Translations under genes and position numbers: made by a program
The notes under the pieces: model-generated
What the model saw: only the letters and a program-made list of their open reading frames with translations
What the model was told of the DNA's origin: nothing
Database searches by the model: none
NCBI RefSeq assembly: GCF_000315625.1
Contig: NW_005434633.1
Coordinates: 561,921 to 611,318, forward strand
DNA from: Guillardia theta CCMP2712
Lineage: Eukaryota > Protista > Cryptophyta
Direction of reading: 5' to 3'
DNA: 49,398 bases
In this document: positions 36,270-48,111 of the stretch, piece after piece
Numbering within the stretch: the stretch's first letter is position 1
Layout: each line of letters opens with the position of its first letter

Positions 36270-37343
36270 CTCATGGACACCCTCTCTTACTCCCGTCCAC
36301 CACGATCGGTCGATTCATGGCGTCGACTTGATGGGTAGTGCTGTGTCAACGTCAGGGGAGGGGGAGAGGAGCAGTGCTGTGCTGTACCTTGCTGTCTTGG
36401 AGTCGTCTGTCCTTTTGCCGTCAGTAGCGTCCTCCTTTTCTTCTTGAGCATCTTCCATCTTCTCGTCTTCCTTGCTCTCCTCCTTGTCGTCCTCTTGTTT
36501 CTCTTCGTTCTCTGCCTCCTCCTTCGGTTGGCAAGTTAGACTCTCAGAGCCTTCAGCTATGCAGCAAACCTTGCTGGCTCTTCTTCCTCTGCGGCTCTTG
36601 GAAGCAGAAGAAGCTTTTTCCTCGCTCTTCGGCGTTTCTGTGGGAGAAACTCAGGCAGGCGAGGAGTAAGGGTTGTGAACCACCTTTGGCTTTAGCAGCA
36701 GCGCCTCTCTTCTTCGGACTCTCTTGCTCTTTCTTTTCCTCTATTTCTTCTTTCTCTTGGGCTTTTCCGTTCTGTCGATTTCCTTGTTGTCAATTCCAAA
36801 AGTCTTTCGCGGTTCATCCAATCCTCACCGACTGGGGCTTCGTCTTCTTGGACGGACTTGCTTCCGCATTCTCTTTCTGCCATAGCGCCAGAAGTCTTTG
36901 AGCCAACACCATGGCACTTCCCTTGCCGCTCTTTTCCTTCTTCACAGCATAGGAGGAGAGAACTTCTGTGGGAACGTATCGGGACAAAGCGTTCTCGACC
37001 GTGACGTCTTCTTGACTGCAAGGCATATTGTAAGAAACGATGAGGTAAACGAAAGGATGGAAGAGAATCAAGGTGACGGACTGAGAAAGAAAGAGGATGG
37101 AAATGTATGGAGACATGGAAGAGCTGGCGAGAGAATGAAACCACTAGGTAGGAGCACATACCCCATCACAGTCTTGATCCTATCGACAAGTTGAGCTGCG
37201 TTGTCCTTGTCGGCGCCCTCAAACTTGTCTCTGATTGTCTGCTCGTTTCCAGCGAAGAGATCCTTTAGGCCCGCCTCGATGTGGGGCTGCAGCTCAACCG
37301 TCCTCTCCCTCTTGCGCGTGCTACGACGTGTAGGCGTAGACAT
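36270..37343 (-). CDS. Hypothetical K/E-rich protein
   Basis: Exons MSTPTRRSTRKRERT..IKTVMG| and QEDVTVENALSRY..LAQRLLALWQKE with an acidic/basic tail; end approximate. Confidence 0.6.
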
Positions 37344-38470
37344 GACGAACCTGTAAAGATCTATCACCTCATGGCAAAATTGTTTGACCACTGCACATGC
37401 AACGTCCCGATGATAATTTCAGTTGATTCAAGCCTGTCCGTCAATCATTGTCGACGTCTTGACTATCTTGCTCACCACTGATGCAACCTGATCCTAATCT
37501 ACATCCTCTTCACACTAGCGTATCCGCATGATACTCTCTGGTCCCTGTCCTGTTCGTTGGACTTTTCGTATTGGAATCTTTCAAGATTTCAATTATATTC
37601 CTGAATCCTAACTAAGTTCTCCTTGTCTTGTTTCTTGTGGACCAGCGCCTGTAGTTCTGTTCATCAACCCTGCCTGCTCATAATGCTTCCCTTTCGACTT
37701 GAAATTTTGCCCACGATGACTCCTTCGTCATGTCGCCTTATCATCACCATCTTTGTCTTTCATAATCGCTCTGTTGGTCTTGCTCGCTCTTCTCCTTCTC
37801 TTCCTTCCCTCACTTCTTGTTTCCCTCGTCCTTCTTCTCCGCTGCATGGCCTCGCGAAATTACAACTAAATATATATTCTACAAGGGGTAATAAAGAGGG
37901 TAAACCAGTATACTCTCTCTCTATATATAATACAAATAAGATATAAAACATAGAAGCTTCTATTTTTTGTACCAGACGGTTATCCCCTTTAATAATATTA
38001 TAAACTTCTGGACCTCCCGCGTCCCCAATATGCCACCCCTCCTCTTTACCTCAGGAAACACCCCTCGCATTAGGCGGGAGGACGTGTGCGCCTCAGACCA
38101 AGGGCCGGACGCGGCGGGCCCGGGCAAGAGACCGTTGTATCACTGGGAAAAGCGATAACGGTTTTGAGCACGTGAAGAAGACAGGAATAATGAGAGATGA
38201 ATGAAGATGGAGACGATCAACATGATTTGAGAGAAGGATGTTGATGAGAGTGAATACAATCATGTGACTATTGAGACTGATTAGATAGCAACCTGACTTG
38301 CCATGCTCGTATGAATCTAAGATAAGTTTGGGAAAATGTGATAGAGATTGAATCAGAATTTAGATGGGCAATGAGAATCTTTCGAATGCACAAATGTAAG
38401 ATTCAAACCTAATCCTCTGAATTGACATTGATCCAGTCTTTGGTTATCGATTGAATAATCAAATATCGTC

Positions 38471-39373
38471 ATGTCCAAGGACCTTTGGCCCAGCTTTATC
38501 AATTCGCATCCCGATCTCGAGATGTTGGAAAACGGCAAGTGCAAGTGCAAAATTACTGGGCATGAGATGTTGCCGAAGAAAGACATTGTGGAGGTGAGAA
38601 CTGAACTTCTTTGAGACGTATGTTGTGATGTTGTTCAGGCTCATATCAGCGGCAAGAAATATCGACAAGCAAAGGCAAAACAACAAGCAGACGAGTTTGA
38701 CTGGAAGCAGTACGAGCCAAACATTGTGCAGAGCAAGAAGGATCCGACCAAATTGTTCTGCCATCTCACCAAGACTTCACTAAACAAAACGCCTGAGGAG
38801 ATCAAATTGCATGTGAATGGTCGACGATTTCGAGCGCGTCTGGCTGAGAGAGAAGAGCTGCTTGCTCGCAAAAGAGAACGGGAGGCTAAGAAACAGGCGG
38901 CAGCTTCCAAGAGAGACGATGGTGAGGTGGACCCTGCCCTCGCTCGCCTTAGTCAATTAGTTGATGACTCGAGTGATTCGATTGGGGAGGAGGAGGAGGA
39001 GGAGGAGGAAGAGGAGGAGGGAGAGGATGGCAGCGACGAGGAGCCTCAGGTGAGAAAAAAGGGAAAGACATCGATCCAGGGCAAGCAGCACATGCCGGCA
39101 CAAGAGGTGGCAGAAGATGAAGATTCGGGGTTCGAAGAAGTGGCTCAAGACGACAGCGGAGAGGACAGTGAAGACGAATCTCGCTCTCCCAGCCCTCCGC
39201 CGGGCGGGACATCAGCGCAGCAATCTGATCATGCCAAGGAGAAACACCACGGCCGGTCGAAACAGGCACAGCCGATGGTGAAAACCATCGAGATTGTACA
39301 TAAGAAGCGAGGCAAACCAGGAGAGAGGAAGGGGAAGGCAGGGAGAGAGCAGGCAAAGAAGCAGAAGAAGTGA
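38471..39373 (+). CDS. SURF2: Surfeit locus protein 2 homolog
   Basis: KCKCKITGHEM..|AHISGKKY..YEPNIVQSKKDPTKLFCHLTKTSLNKTPEEIKLHVNGRRF plus acidic tail; intron 38594-38638. Confidence 0.9.
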
Positions 39374-39499
39374 AGTAAGAACAGACAGATCGTTCCGAGT
39401 AATACGCATTTACACTTGATTATTTATACCTGTCAGAACATCTGCTAATTGCTGTCTTCGTCGCTTTCCGAAGAGTTTCCTTGATGCTGAACGTTGACG

Positions 39500-42400
39500 T
39501 TAGTATTCAAGCATCCTCCTCAATTGTTACTGTACGTTTCGTACGATCCGACCAGGAACAAATTTAGCCTGCAGGATAATGAGGTGATGCCCGTTTTCAC
39601 TTTTATCTCCACCTGGGGTCGAGGGCTTTCTTCCTCGTCCTCCTCCTCGGCTTCAGACTCCGAATCTGTCGCTTCCTCTTTGGTTCCTGCAGGCAAACTG
39701 GCTGAGCACATCAGGCCAGCAGAAACGCATTCACTCACCCCATCTCGTGACCGCCTTTGGTGGTTGCTTGGCGGGGTAGAAAGGCCTACCGAGCACCTGG
39801 ACGACAAGGATGAGAGAGGAGCTGAGCTGGTCCAGGCCTCACTTCGCACTGCTGCCGGGTGTACCCGTCCTCTGAGAGTTGCTCCGATGCCCCCCCTCCT
39901 GACCGAAGCATTCAGCGACATCTTTCAAGGTCACAGGTCTTACCTTCTTCGTCTTCGCTCTCATCTTCGCTACTCGAGCTCCTGTAAGTCAATTGAAACT
40001 CGAGCCAGCTAAGGTCAAGCCGACCTCTTGCTTGCCGCCTGCCCATCTGACTTCTTCCTGTGTGACGAATCTTTGCTGGGTAAGAAGTTTCAGATACAAG
40101 TTGAGATACGAGAGACGGACCGAGACGAGTCAACGAAATGCTTGGGGAAGGCTTTGGATATCTCGGGGCTGTCGAATGAATTGTCGCTCTGAGCATACGC
40201 ATCATCAAAGGCGGCATAAGGCAACATCTAGAAGGAGATTACACTCTTGGGACTCGTCGTGTCCAACCTGATGCAAGAGCTCATCATTATTGCAGGTGTT
40301 GGCAGACAAAGTACCTGACATTTCCCCAGGACTGGTCCTTACTGAGGCGAGTGCCAAGGTCGCCACTGCTAAGGGTTGAAAAGGATGCAAGCAGGGACAT
40401 GTTCGATGACCTCAAGTCTCTTTCCTCTTCTTCTTTGATCGACCCGATCTTCCGGGGAGCGGATTCCACAAACTAAGCAGCAAGTCACCACAAGCCATCT
40501 CCAACTGCAAATGGTCTCACGTTGTCTCGGGAGACAAGCGGACTCGCATCTACACGGGCATATCAGTGATACGATGTGCAATATGGGCATGATTGTGCAT
40601 GACCGTGAACATGGTTTCCTGTCTTCCTTTCCACATTTGCTGCGCATCAAATGAGTCCCGAAGTGACCTTTAGCCTTCACCTATGAACGGATGCTCAAGA
40701 AGCTGCTTCGTCGACGCTCTACGCGGCGCCTCGATGATCATGCACTTCCGAACAAAATCCTGTGCGATCTGCTTACTCCTCGAAACACGTTTCCTTTTGT
40801 CACACGAGCCTTGGCAACTTCAGAAAGAGTCTCCGGAGGATTTGGAGGAGCTTTTGCATGTGCAATATTGTACATAGCGACCATTCTATCAGTGTACTGC
40901 ACACGATTTCAGATACAAAACCTCTCCTCCTGGCGCAGATCAACACACCTGTGTGAAGGGATGCTTGGTGGTCGCCATCTCCCATATGACACAAGCGAGG
41001 GACCAGATGTCAGCGGGGGGGCCATGTCCGGTCTGGCGGATAACCTGAAGAAAGCAAAGGGAAAGCAAGAAGGAAACGATCAGGTGCTTGAGATATGGAA
41101 CAGAAACAAGACAGATAACCTCAGGCGCCATCATGTATGGAGTTCCGACAAGTGACTTGAGTCCAGTTGACATATTCATGACTGCCATCATCTTCAACGC
41201 ATATCAAATCATAATTCCGACTCACCGTCCGCAATCTTTTTGGCTGTCCCGAAGTCTGCGAGTTTAACAACGCCATCGTTGCTATATAAAATATTCGCCG
41301 CTTTGATGTCGCGATGGCAAATCGATTGAGAGTGCAGATAGTGCAGTCCGTCTACAATTTGGGCGGTAAAGTTGCTGACCATCTGTTCACTGAATGCTCC
41401 AAACTTTCGCAGCATGGTTGCAATGGACCCCCCTGACACGTACTCAAGGAAAATGAAAAACTGTCTCACGTTTCAAAATGCGAGTCTATGCCACAAAGTC
41501 ACAGAAACCGGACCTGAGTTGAAGTTTTTTCCATTCCATAGTATCTGACGAGGTTAGGGTGAGAAATCATACTGAAGATATGGATCTCTTGATCCATGGC
41601 TTTGAGCTCTTCAGCTGCTTGCGGCCCAAAATGCTCGCCGAGATCAACCTGATGCCATCATTGCAAGATAAAATGAGCTGATTCACGGTCTGTAGAATAT
41701 GCAAATCACCTGCTTAACAGCCATCATCTCTCCGGTCTCGAAGTTTAAGCCCATGTAGACCTATCTCATATGTCAAAGTCCTGAAGCTCAAACCAGAAAG
41801 TGCAAGGAACCTTCCCGATTGCACCATGCCCAATAAGCTCTCCTTTCTTCCAGCGAAATTTACTACCCTCAATGAGGTCTCCAGTATTTTCCTGTACTTC
41901 AGGTGAGCACATATCTCAGATAAGTCAACAACGACAAGTAAAACCGTGGAGGTATTTGTCTTATGGTAGATATCAACAACAAGAAACACGAAGAATCATA
42001 CCTTTGAACTTGCATCCGAATTAGAGAAGCCTGATGTGTCACTAGAGCTATCAGAGTTTGAGTTTCTGCGAAATCAGTATGAAAAATGGCAGTCTAAGGA
42101 AGGAATCGATGTATTCACCTCCTAGATTTTGGTTGAGAACTCTTCGGGGCGGGAGGTGGAGTTGAGGCAACCGAAGGAGCTGGAACAGACAATTCGTTGA
42201 CAATCTGGCCCACCATCAGTGTAGACCTATATGCTCTATTCTTGAGTCTACCTTGGGACTTTGACTCTCTTTAGGTGCTCCAAGTGTGAGAAGAAAGAGG
42301 TTCATCGGTTCCGCAAGCTCTGAGAATCTGAAACCATCGTGGGCAATATGAGACATAGATGCCAAGGTTTGAACATGCCAACCTCTGATGTATCTGAGTA

Positions 42401-43747
42401 GCTAGCCTCGATTCATTCATGCTGTCTGACAAATCTTTCCATACCTGCATGACTCATTAATTTTAAACGATCACGCGAAATAAAAAGAGAGGGAGGGGTG
42501 GGGAGGGGAATAATCAACCTTTTTGACATCGAATCTATAGAGGGCGACTACGGAGCTTTGATCTGATCCTATGCCCTGTCAAACCAAAAAATTACACATG
42601 AGCAGTTGGAAATGGGTGCTCCTGCCTGCACAAAGAAGGATGGAAAAGTAAACCCTGACAAATCAAACGTTCCTTCGGGCACTTCGATGATGGTAACGTT
42701 TCCTCTAAAGCAAGCTTTAGAGTTCTAGACTTGAACTGCTTCAAAATATGACCTATCATCAATATCGACAAATCTTGCAACTAGAACGGGACGTTCCTCC
42801 TGCAGATCTAGTCAAATGAAGCAAACAAGACGCGATCAAAACCTGTGACGATAGAGTTTTCATGACAGCTTGAAAAGATGATTTCGATGCTGTCGGTGAC
42901 CCTACATTCTAGAACCACTCCTGCTCACACAGTACATTCATAATCAAGTAGAAATCTACCTTTCCCTCTTTGAAGAAAAAATCTCGTTCATTACGCAGGT
43001 CGAGATCAAGCAGACTCTGTTGATCTCTTCTCAGACTTTTCGCCAAAAATGTCATGTTTCAAACCCGAGAGACGTCTTCAGGAGGTACTGGGCACTTGAA
43101 CTCGCATCGGACACACCTGCAAGAATCTCAGCAAAAGAAGAAATGCTGCTCCCTAGAGCCAACGTCATATTGAAAGGGAGCTTTCCGCTGTTGTTCACAA
43201 AGACTGAGAATAAATTCAGACTGTGTGCTGCTGCAATTGAGCTGTCTGGCATCACCACTCACGGATTCCCCAGAGACTAGTTTCCTCCAACCGTCGGTTG
43301 GTGAAGCCTGTTTGCGACATGACAAACCAATCGTTTGAAATCTCAATTCTTCTCTACCTTGAAGGCTAATCGGAAATTTTCGACCAATTGTGCCTCTTCA
43401 TCCACCTTCATTCGACTTGAGACAAGAAAAAACAGGTAGAGAACTGACAGCTTTTATGATTGGAGCTGGACTTGGCGTAGCCTTATTGATAGGTGCCGGG
43501 GTTGACGATGGTCTTGCTGTCACGAGATTGCTCTTTACGGGTGTCTGGTTTGCATGAGGATTAGGTTCTAGCGGATGCAGGCAACCCTTAACTCACCCTG
43601 TTATATTCTGCCGAAGAACGTTTTCCTGCAGACAAATACAAGGTAAAACAAGCTTCAGCTGTACGACTCACAGCCAATACTGCAACACTGACCATTGTTC
43701 GAAGATTTATCCACGCTGTTTGAAGGCTTTGATTTTCCTGAACCCAT
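39500..43747 (-). CDS. MAP kinase kinase kinase (STE11/MEKK-type) with N-myristoylation motif and START-like domain
   Basis: [12 protein letters not shown]|[16 protein letters not shown]|[42 protein letters not shown]|[10 protein letters not shown] and LLEHPF; start MGSGKSKP assumed and 3' end approximate. Confidence 0.85.
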
Positions 43748-44451
43748 CGGGATAACGTGACAAGATTCTGGATACAATTAGTCAACTTGAAGGGGACGAC
43801 AAAGAACGTGTCTGAGATTTGCCAAAGCAAGAACTACACCACTACACCAAGAAAGCAACAACCAGAACATCGACCATATGAGTGCATTAACTCTGTATGT
43901 CTGACACACCAAAACACAGCCTACAGACACCGCTTCTACCAAAAGCTCTCTCAGCAGCTTTTCTTTGCCAATCTAAAAGTTTAAATCGCTTCACAAAGTT
44001 GATTCGGGAGATAAAGCGAACCACAAAAGAAAAGGTGCTACCCTCCCGTCCCTCTTCATCTCTCTCTGCCCACTCCCTTTCTGTGAGCCATTAGCACGGA
44101 TCATGGCGCAAGAGACCGATGAGCTCAGCATCGACAGCTTCGCTTCCTCTTGCTGCGACTTGTCTCACCTTGCCTGCCTCAGGACGCCATAACCTGGGGT
44201 CTCAACAGCGGTTGTCGCTCTAAAAACAGTTATGTTCGAATAACGTACGAATGGTTCAGATCACTTTTCGATTGTAGAATTGTAGAGCATTGTATGGAAA
44301 TATAGATGTTTAATTTCAAAATGTCAGAAGCAAATTTGTATGGAAGAAACTTTTTCATTAGTACAATTTTCGCTGTGCCCACGTAGCTGGGGGACCGGAA
44401 AGAACGAGCCCAACTTCTGCACCCCGGCCCGCCCCATCCTAAAGTCACACC

Positions 44452-45264
44452 ATGCGCCCTCATCCCCCTCATCCCCGTCTGGCTTTCGGTCACAGAGCTA
44501 TATCGGGAGAAGCAGCATGTTCGCCTTGTTGGCTGGCATCCCGGACTACTGCTCATCGACAGGTACTCGAGCGCGGAGAGAGGACAGTCTCATGTCGTTG
44601 TTGTTGGGTATGAGGAGGGAGGAGGGAGGAGGGAGGAGACAGATCGAGGGAGGAGACAGAGGGAGGGAGGGAGGAGGGTGCAGGTTGGGGAGACAGATGG
44701 AGGTTGGATGCGAGTACTGTTAGGAAGCGATAATCCAACACGAATACTAGGTTATTCGACCAGCGCATCGAAACGAATGTTAGGGGGATGTAGATCAGTC
44801 CCATAGCACTTTGCGAGGCTGCTCCGTTATGTTCTATCATAGCATGACCATGCTTCTTTTTCGATTTGAAAGGTTGCCTTGTTGGACAAGTTCCACTGGG
44901 TGGGTCAGAAAAGAGAGGGCAAAAGCAGCAGGTATATGGCATGATCTTGTTTCTCACCAAAGGAGCCTGAAATGTTTCGAATCCAGCTTGTCTCAAATCC
45001 TATCCCTCCGGTCCCAAAGCAGGTTGTGTAGAGGCTGAATGCGGGCAGTCATGCAAAATTCTGATTGATTTGGTTCAGATCTTGGCTAGCGACAGGACCA
45101 GGGCTGGAGCCAATGGCATGCCTGGGTAAATGTTTGTTTTCATCGTGCTCTCGGATAACATGGGGGTTGCAGGGGATGCCCAGTTTTCGAGTTATCGGCA
45201 TATTGCATTCCTAGCGATACAGGAGCACTCCATTGACGGAGCTTTGTCGCTCAAAGTTGTGTAG
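44452..45264 (+). CDS. Small hypothetical protein (~150 aa, ~7 exons)
   Basis: By-eye splicing of short GT/GC-AG introns gives a continuous frame MRPHPLIPVWLSVTELY..EPEMFRIQLVSNP..GALSLKVV*; no homology recognised. Confidence 0.4.
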
Positions 45265-45376
45265 TATATTCTTGGGGATAGAAGGGCATATTGAAGATCG
45301 GATTTTTCGGTTTGAAATATTTGTCATACCGACGTTTGCATCCTCGTATTCAAATTCAAATTTCTGCTCGAGTCCA

Positions 45377-47752
45377 CTACACAGATTGTTTGAACAGCTC
45401 ATTTGCAGCATCTGCAACAGCTTCCGCCGCTCGATTAATTTCATCTTCTGTCGTGTACCTGCGATAGAATCGACATCTCACGGTAGTTTCCTTCAGACAT
45501 GGTCATACCTTCCAACAGTAAATCGGATGGTTCCTAATGCTGCATCCTCGGGAACTTGCATGGCTGCCAGCACAGAACTGATTTTTGGGATGTTGGAACT
45601 ATGACATGCTGCCCCAGCTGATGCACTTACAACATCCTAGTGCAGTAGAAGAGAAGAAATGAAGTGAGGAAGACATCGAAAAGCGGCAACCCTACCTGGA
45701 CCTTCCCAAGAATCTCTTGTGCCTTCAGTCCTCTGTCATGAAAGCTCATGATCTTTGTTTCTGGGTTATGATCTGCATGACACGCTGTACCTGAAGCCTA
45801 TTGACAGTGTATTGGGCAACCTCGGCCAAGCGCCGTTGATTGGCGAGGCCGGGAGCTCCGGACCATTGAGATGGATCTGGAGGAGGGTGAGAAGAAGAGA
45901 CCAAACATCACACGACACGACTTACTTGTCCGATAAACTTTGCCTGCAGCTGCACATGCAAACTTCTGATAAGACTAGCTTGTCGCATCTGGGAGTCAAG
46001 TTCATCTTGGATGAAAGTACGCGTTGAGCACCTGTTCCGTCATCGATTCCTGCTGGTCTTGGCACAACATCCTGCATGCTGTTCCCTGCAGGCACCCCTT
46101 TGAACCTCTTTGTGCCTCAAGGTTTTGATTGCTTACCAGACCAACGGCAAGCCCGACGTTTTCTGTCCCAGCTCGCAACCCCTGCAAGTTGGATGAGAAA
46201 TCGTTTCGAGGTTTAGCAAAACAAGTTTACCAGCTCTTGCCCACCACCATGCATGATCCTCTGCAAACGAAAGTCGCCATCACCGTCGAGCCCTTTGGCT
46301 CCACCTCGGACATACAAAGCGCCAATGCCCTAAGGAGCTTTCGTCAGCTTCCTGTAGCATTCTAAAGTTTGACCTTGGGGGCGTAGAGCTTGTGCCCAGC
46401 CATCGAAAGCAAGTCAACACCGAGGTCATTCACCTTGAGTCAAACATCTTCAGGTTCGCAAGATGATAGCGCTGCTTACATCGACATGGATCTTTCCTAC
46501 TGACTGACAGGCATCCGTGTGAATGAGAATCCCATCGGTCAACCCTTCACATTCGCTTATCTTTTGCCGGTTTCTTAAGCATATCAACGACCTTGTTTCC
46601 CACGCTCGCCAAACTCATCGGCCCAGGCTCTCACAGCCTTTGATTGTTTCAAATTGACAGATCAGATCACAGCAAATATTCTCACGTCAGAAATTTCTCT
46701 GATCGGCTGAACTGCACCGACTTCGTTGTTGGCATGCTTTCGCATGATTCAATATCTGTCAGTGGTAAAGAAGGATCACCATGATTGAGACCAAGATAGT
46801 CTGCGTCCTGAGGGCATCGACGACATCTTGTACATTCACAACACCTGGCTCTCTTTCACGCGGAGAAGTACCAGCAATGTCATAATCTTTCGAACCATCT
46901 TTTCCCGGTTGAATTATCGTGACGTCGCACTGCTGTTTGCAGAGGTCATACGCGACATTCAAGAAAGCAACTCAAATTCACTGCCAAATCGTCTCTACCT
47001 GCTCAGTCTCCAGCCATTTCAAAGGTTCCAGGATTGCCGGGTGCTGAGTCAGGCAAGAGACTCACACCGAGCAAGTCAAAGGTAGCAATGCACCTCAATA
47101 GCTGTTGTAACAATGTGCGGTCTGAGCTGGTCGACGTACATAGACGACCAAGCCAAGGCGCTTCCACCCATGTTGCTGGTGAAATGATCTTGAAGGCGCT
47201 TCCGGGCCAGGCTTACAGCTCCCTGGTTCATATCAGGTGAGTCCTGTGAAATCGTCGTCTGCCACACCTTGAGCACCCAGTTGTTGCTCTCTGTTCCCCC
47301 TGAAGTGAAGAATCTTCAAGAAGCATATCAACATTCAAGCCTTCAAGGTTGGTGTCTCACATTTCATGAGGAGAGCATCCAATGCTATCAGCCACGTTTT
47401 TTCTCGCTTCTTCGAAACTTCCTTTAGCCCTCTGCCCGTCGTCAACTTATGCACCCGAAGGAGATCGACGTGTCACCTGACCGTAAACGTGCGAGCTACT
47501 GGGATTTCCCCAGTTGCTCACGAAGAATTCTTTCATGGAATCGAATACGGATGGATCTACAGGCGATGTTCCGCCATAGTCGAGATAGATTGGATCGCCT
47601 TTCCCAAACATGCTGCTTTTTGCTTTCGCGCTGCACATATGGACAGTATGTCTGCAATGTCTGTTTGTACTGGGGATCCAGAGTCTTGTCCGAATATTGA
47701 ACCCATCGGTGAGGACGGCGAGGAGAAGAAGAAAAAACACTCGTTGTCTCAT
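45377..47752 (-). CDS. Group I PLP cysteine desulfurase / selenocysteine-lyase-like, with bipartite plastid presequence
   Basis: IYLDYGGTSP, WGNPSSSH, FFTSGGTESNN, TTAIE|HPAI, M|HANNEVG, IHTDACQSVGK, SMAGHKLYAPK (PLP Lys), RAGTENV, SASAGAACHS (catalytic Cys) and IRFTVGR; N-terminus MRQRVFFLLLLAVLTDG-F. Confidence 0.9.
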
Positions 47753-47926
47753 GCCTGAAACACAGTTCATCATCACTGGTTTAGCTGTTGGCCCCATGGG
47801 GGGAAGGAGGAAGAAATAAATGAGGTGGACATGGGGCAAGCAACGAAGGTAAGGGCAGGTAAGCCGGTGGGAGAGGGGGGAGGGGGGCCGGGAGGAGGAG
47901 GCCGGGCGGAGGCCGGCCGGGCTCTC

Positions 47927-47985
47927 GGGTTTAGGGTTTAGGGTTTAGGGTTTAGGGTTTAGGGTTTAGGGTTTAGGGTTTAGGG
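47927..47985 (+). repeat. Interstitial telomeric tract GGG(TTTAGGG)8
   Basis: Eight perfect Arabidopsis-type telomere repeats. Confidence 0.97.
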
Positions 47986-48111
47986 CCGGTTATTTCAGGC
48001 AGCGCCGGTTATTTCAGGCACCATGGCTGCACGCGTGGTGTAGGGGAAGCTGCCAGGGCGCCAAGGAAGCTGCAAGCGAGAGGTTTGTATACTTCAAATA
48101 GCTTTCTAAGT

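Noticed and set aside
43800-43980. Transmembrane N-terminal extension of the MAP3K
   Set aside because: The hydrophobic frame closes with a stop before MGSGKSK and no convincing splice links it
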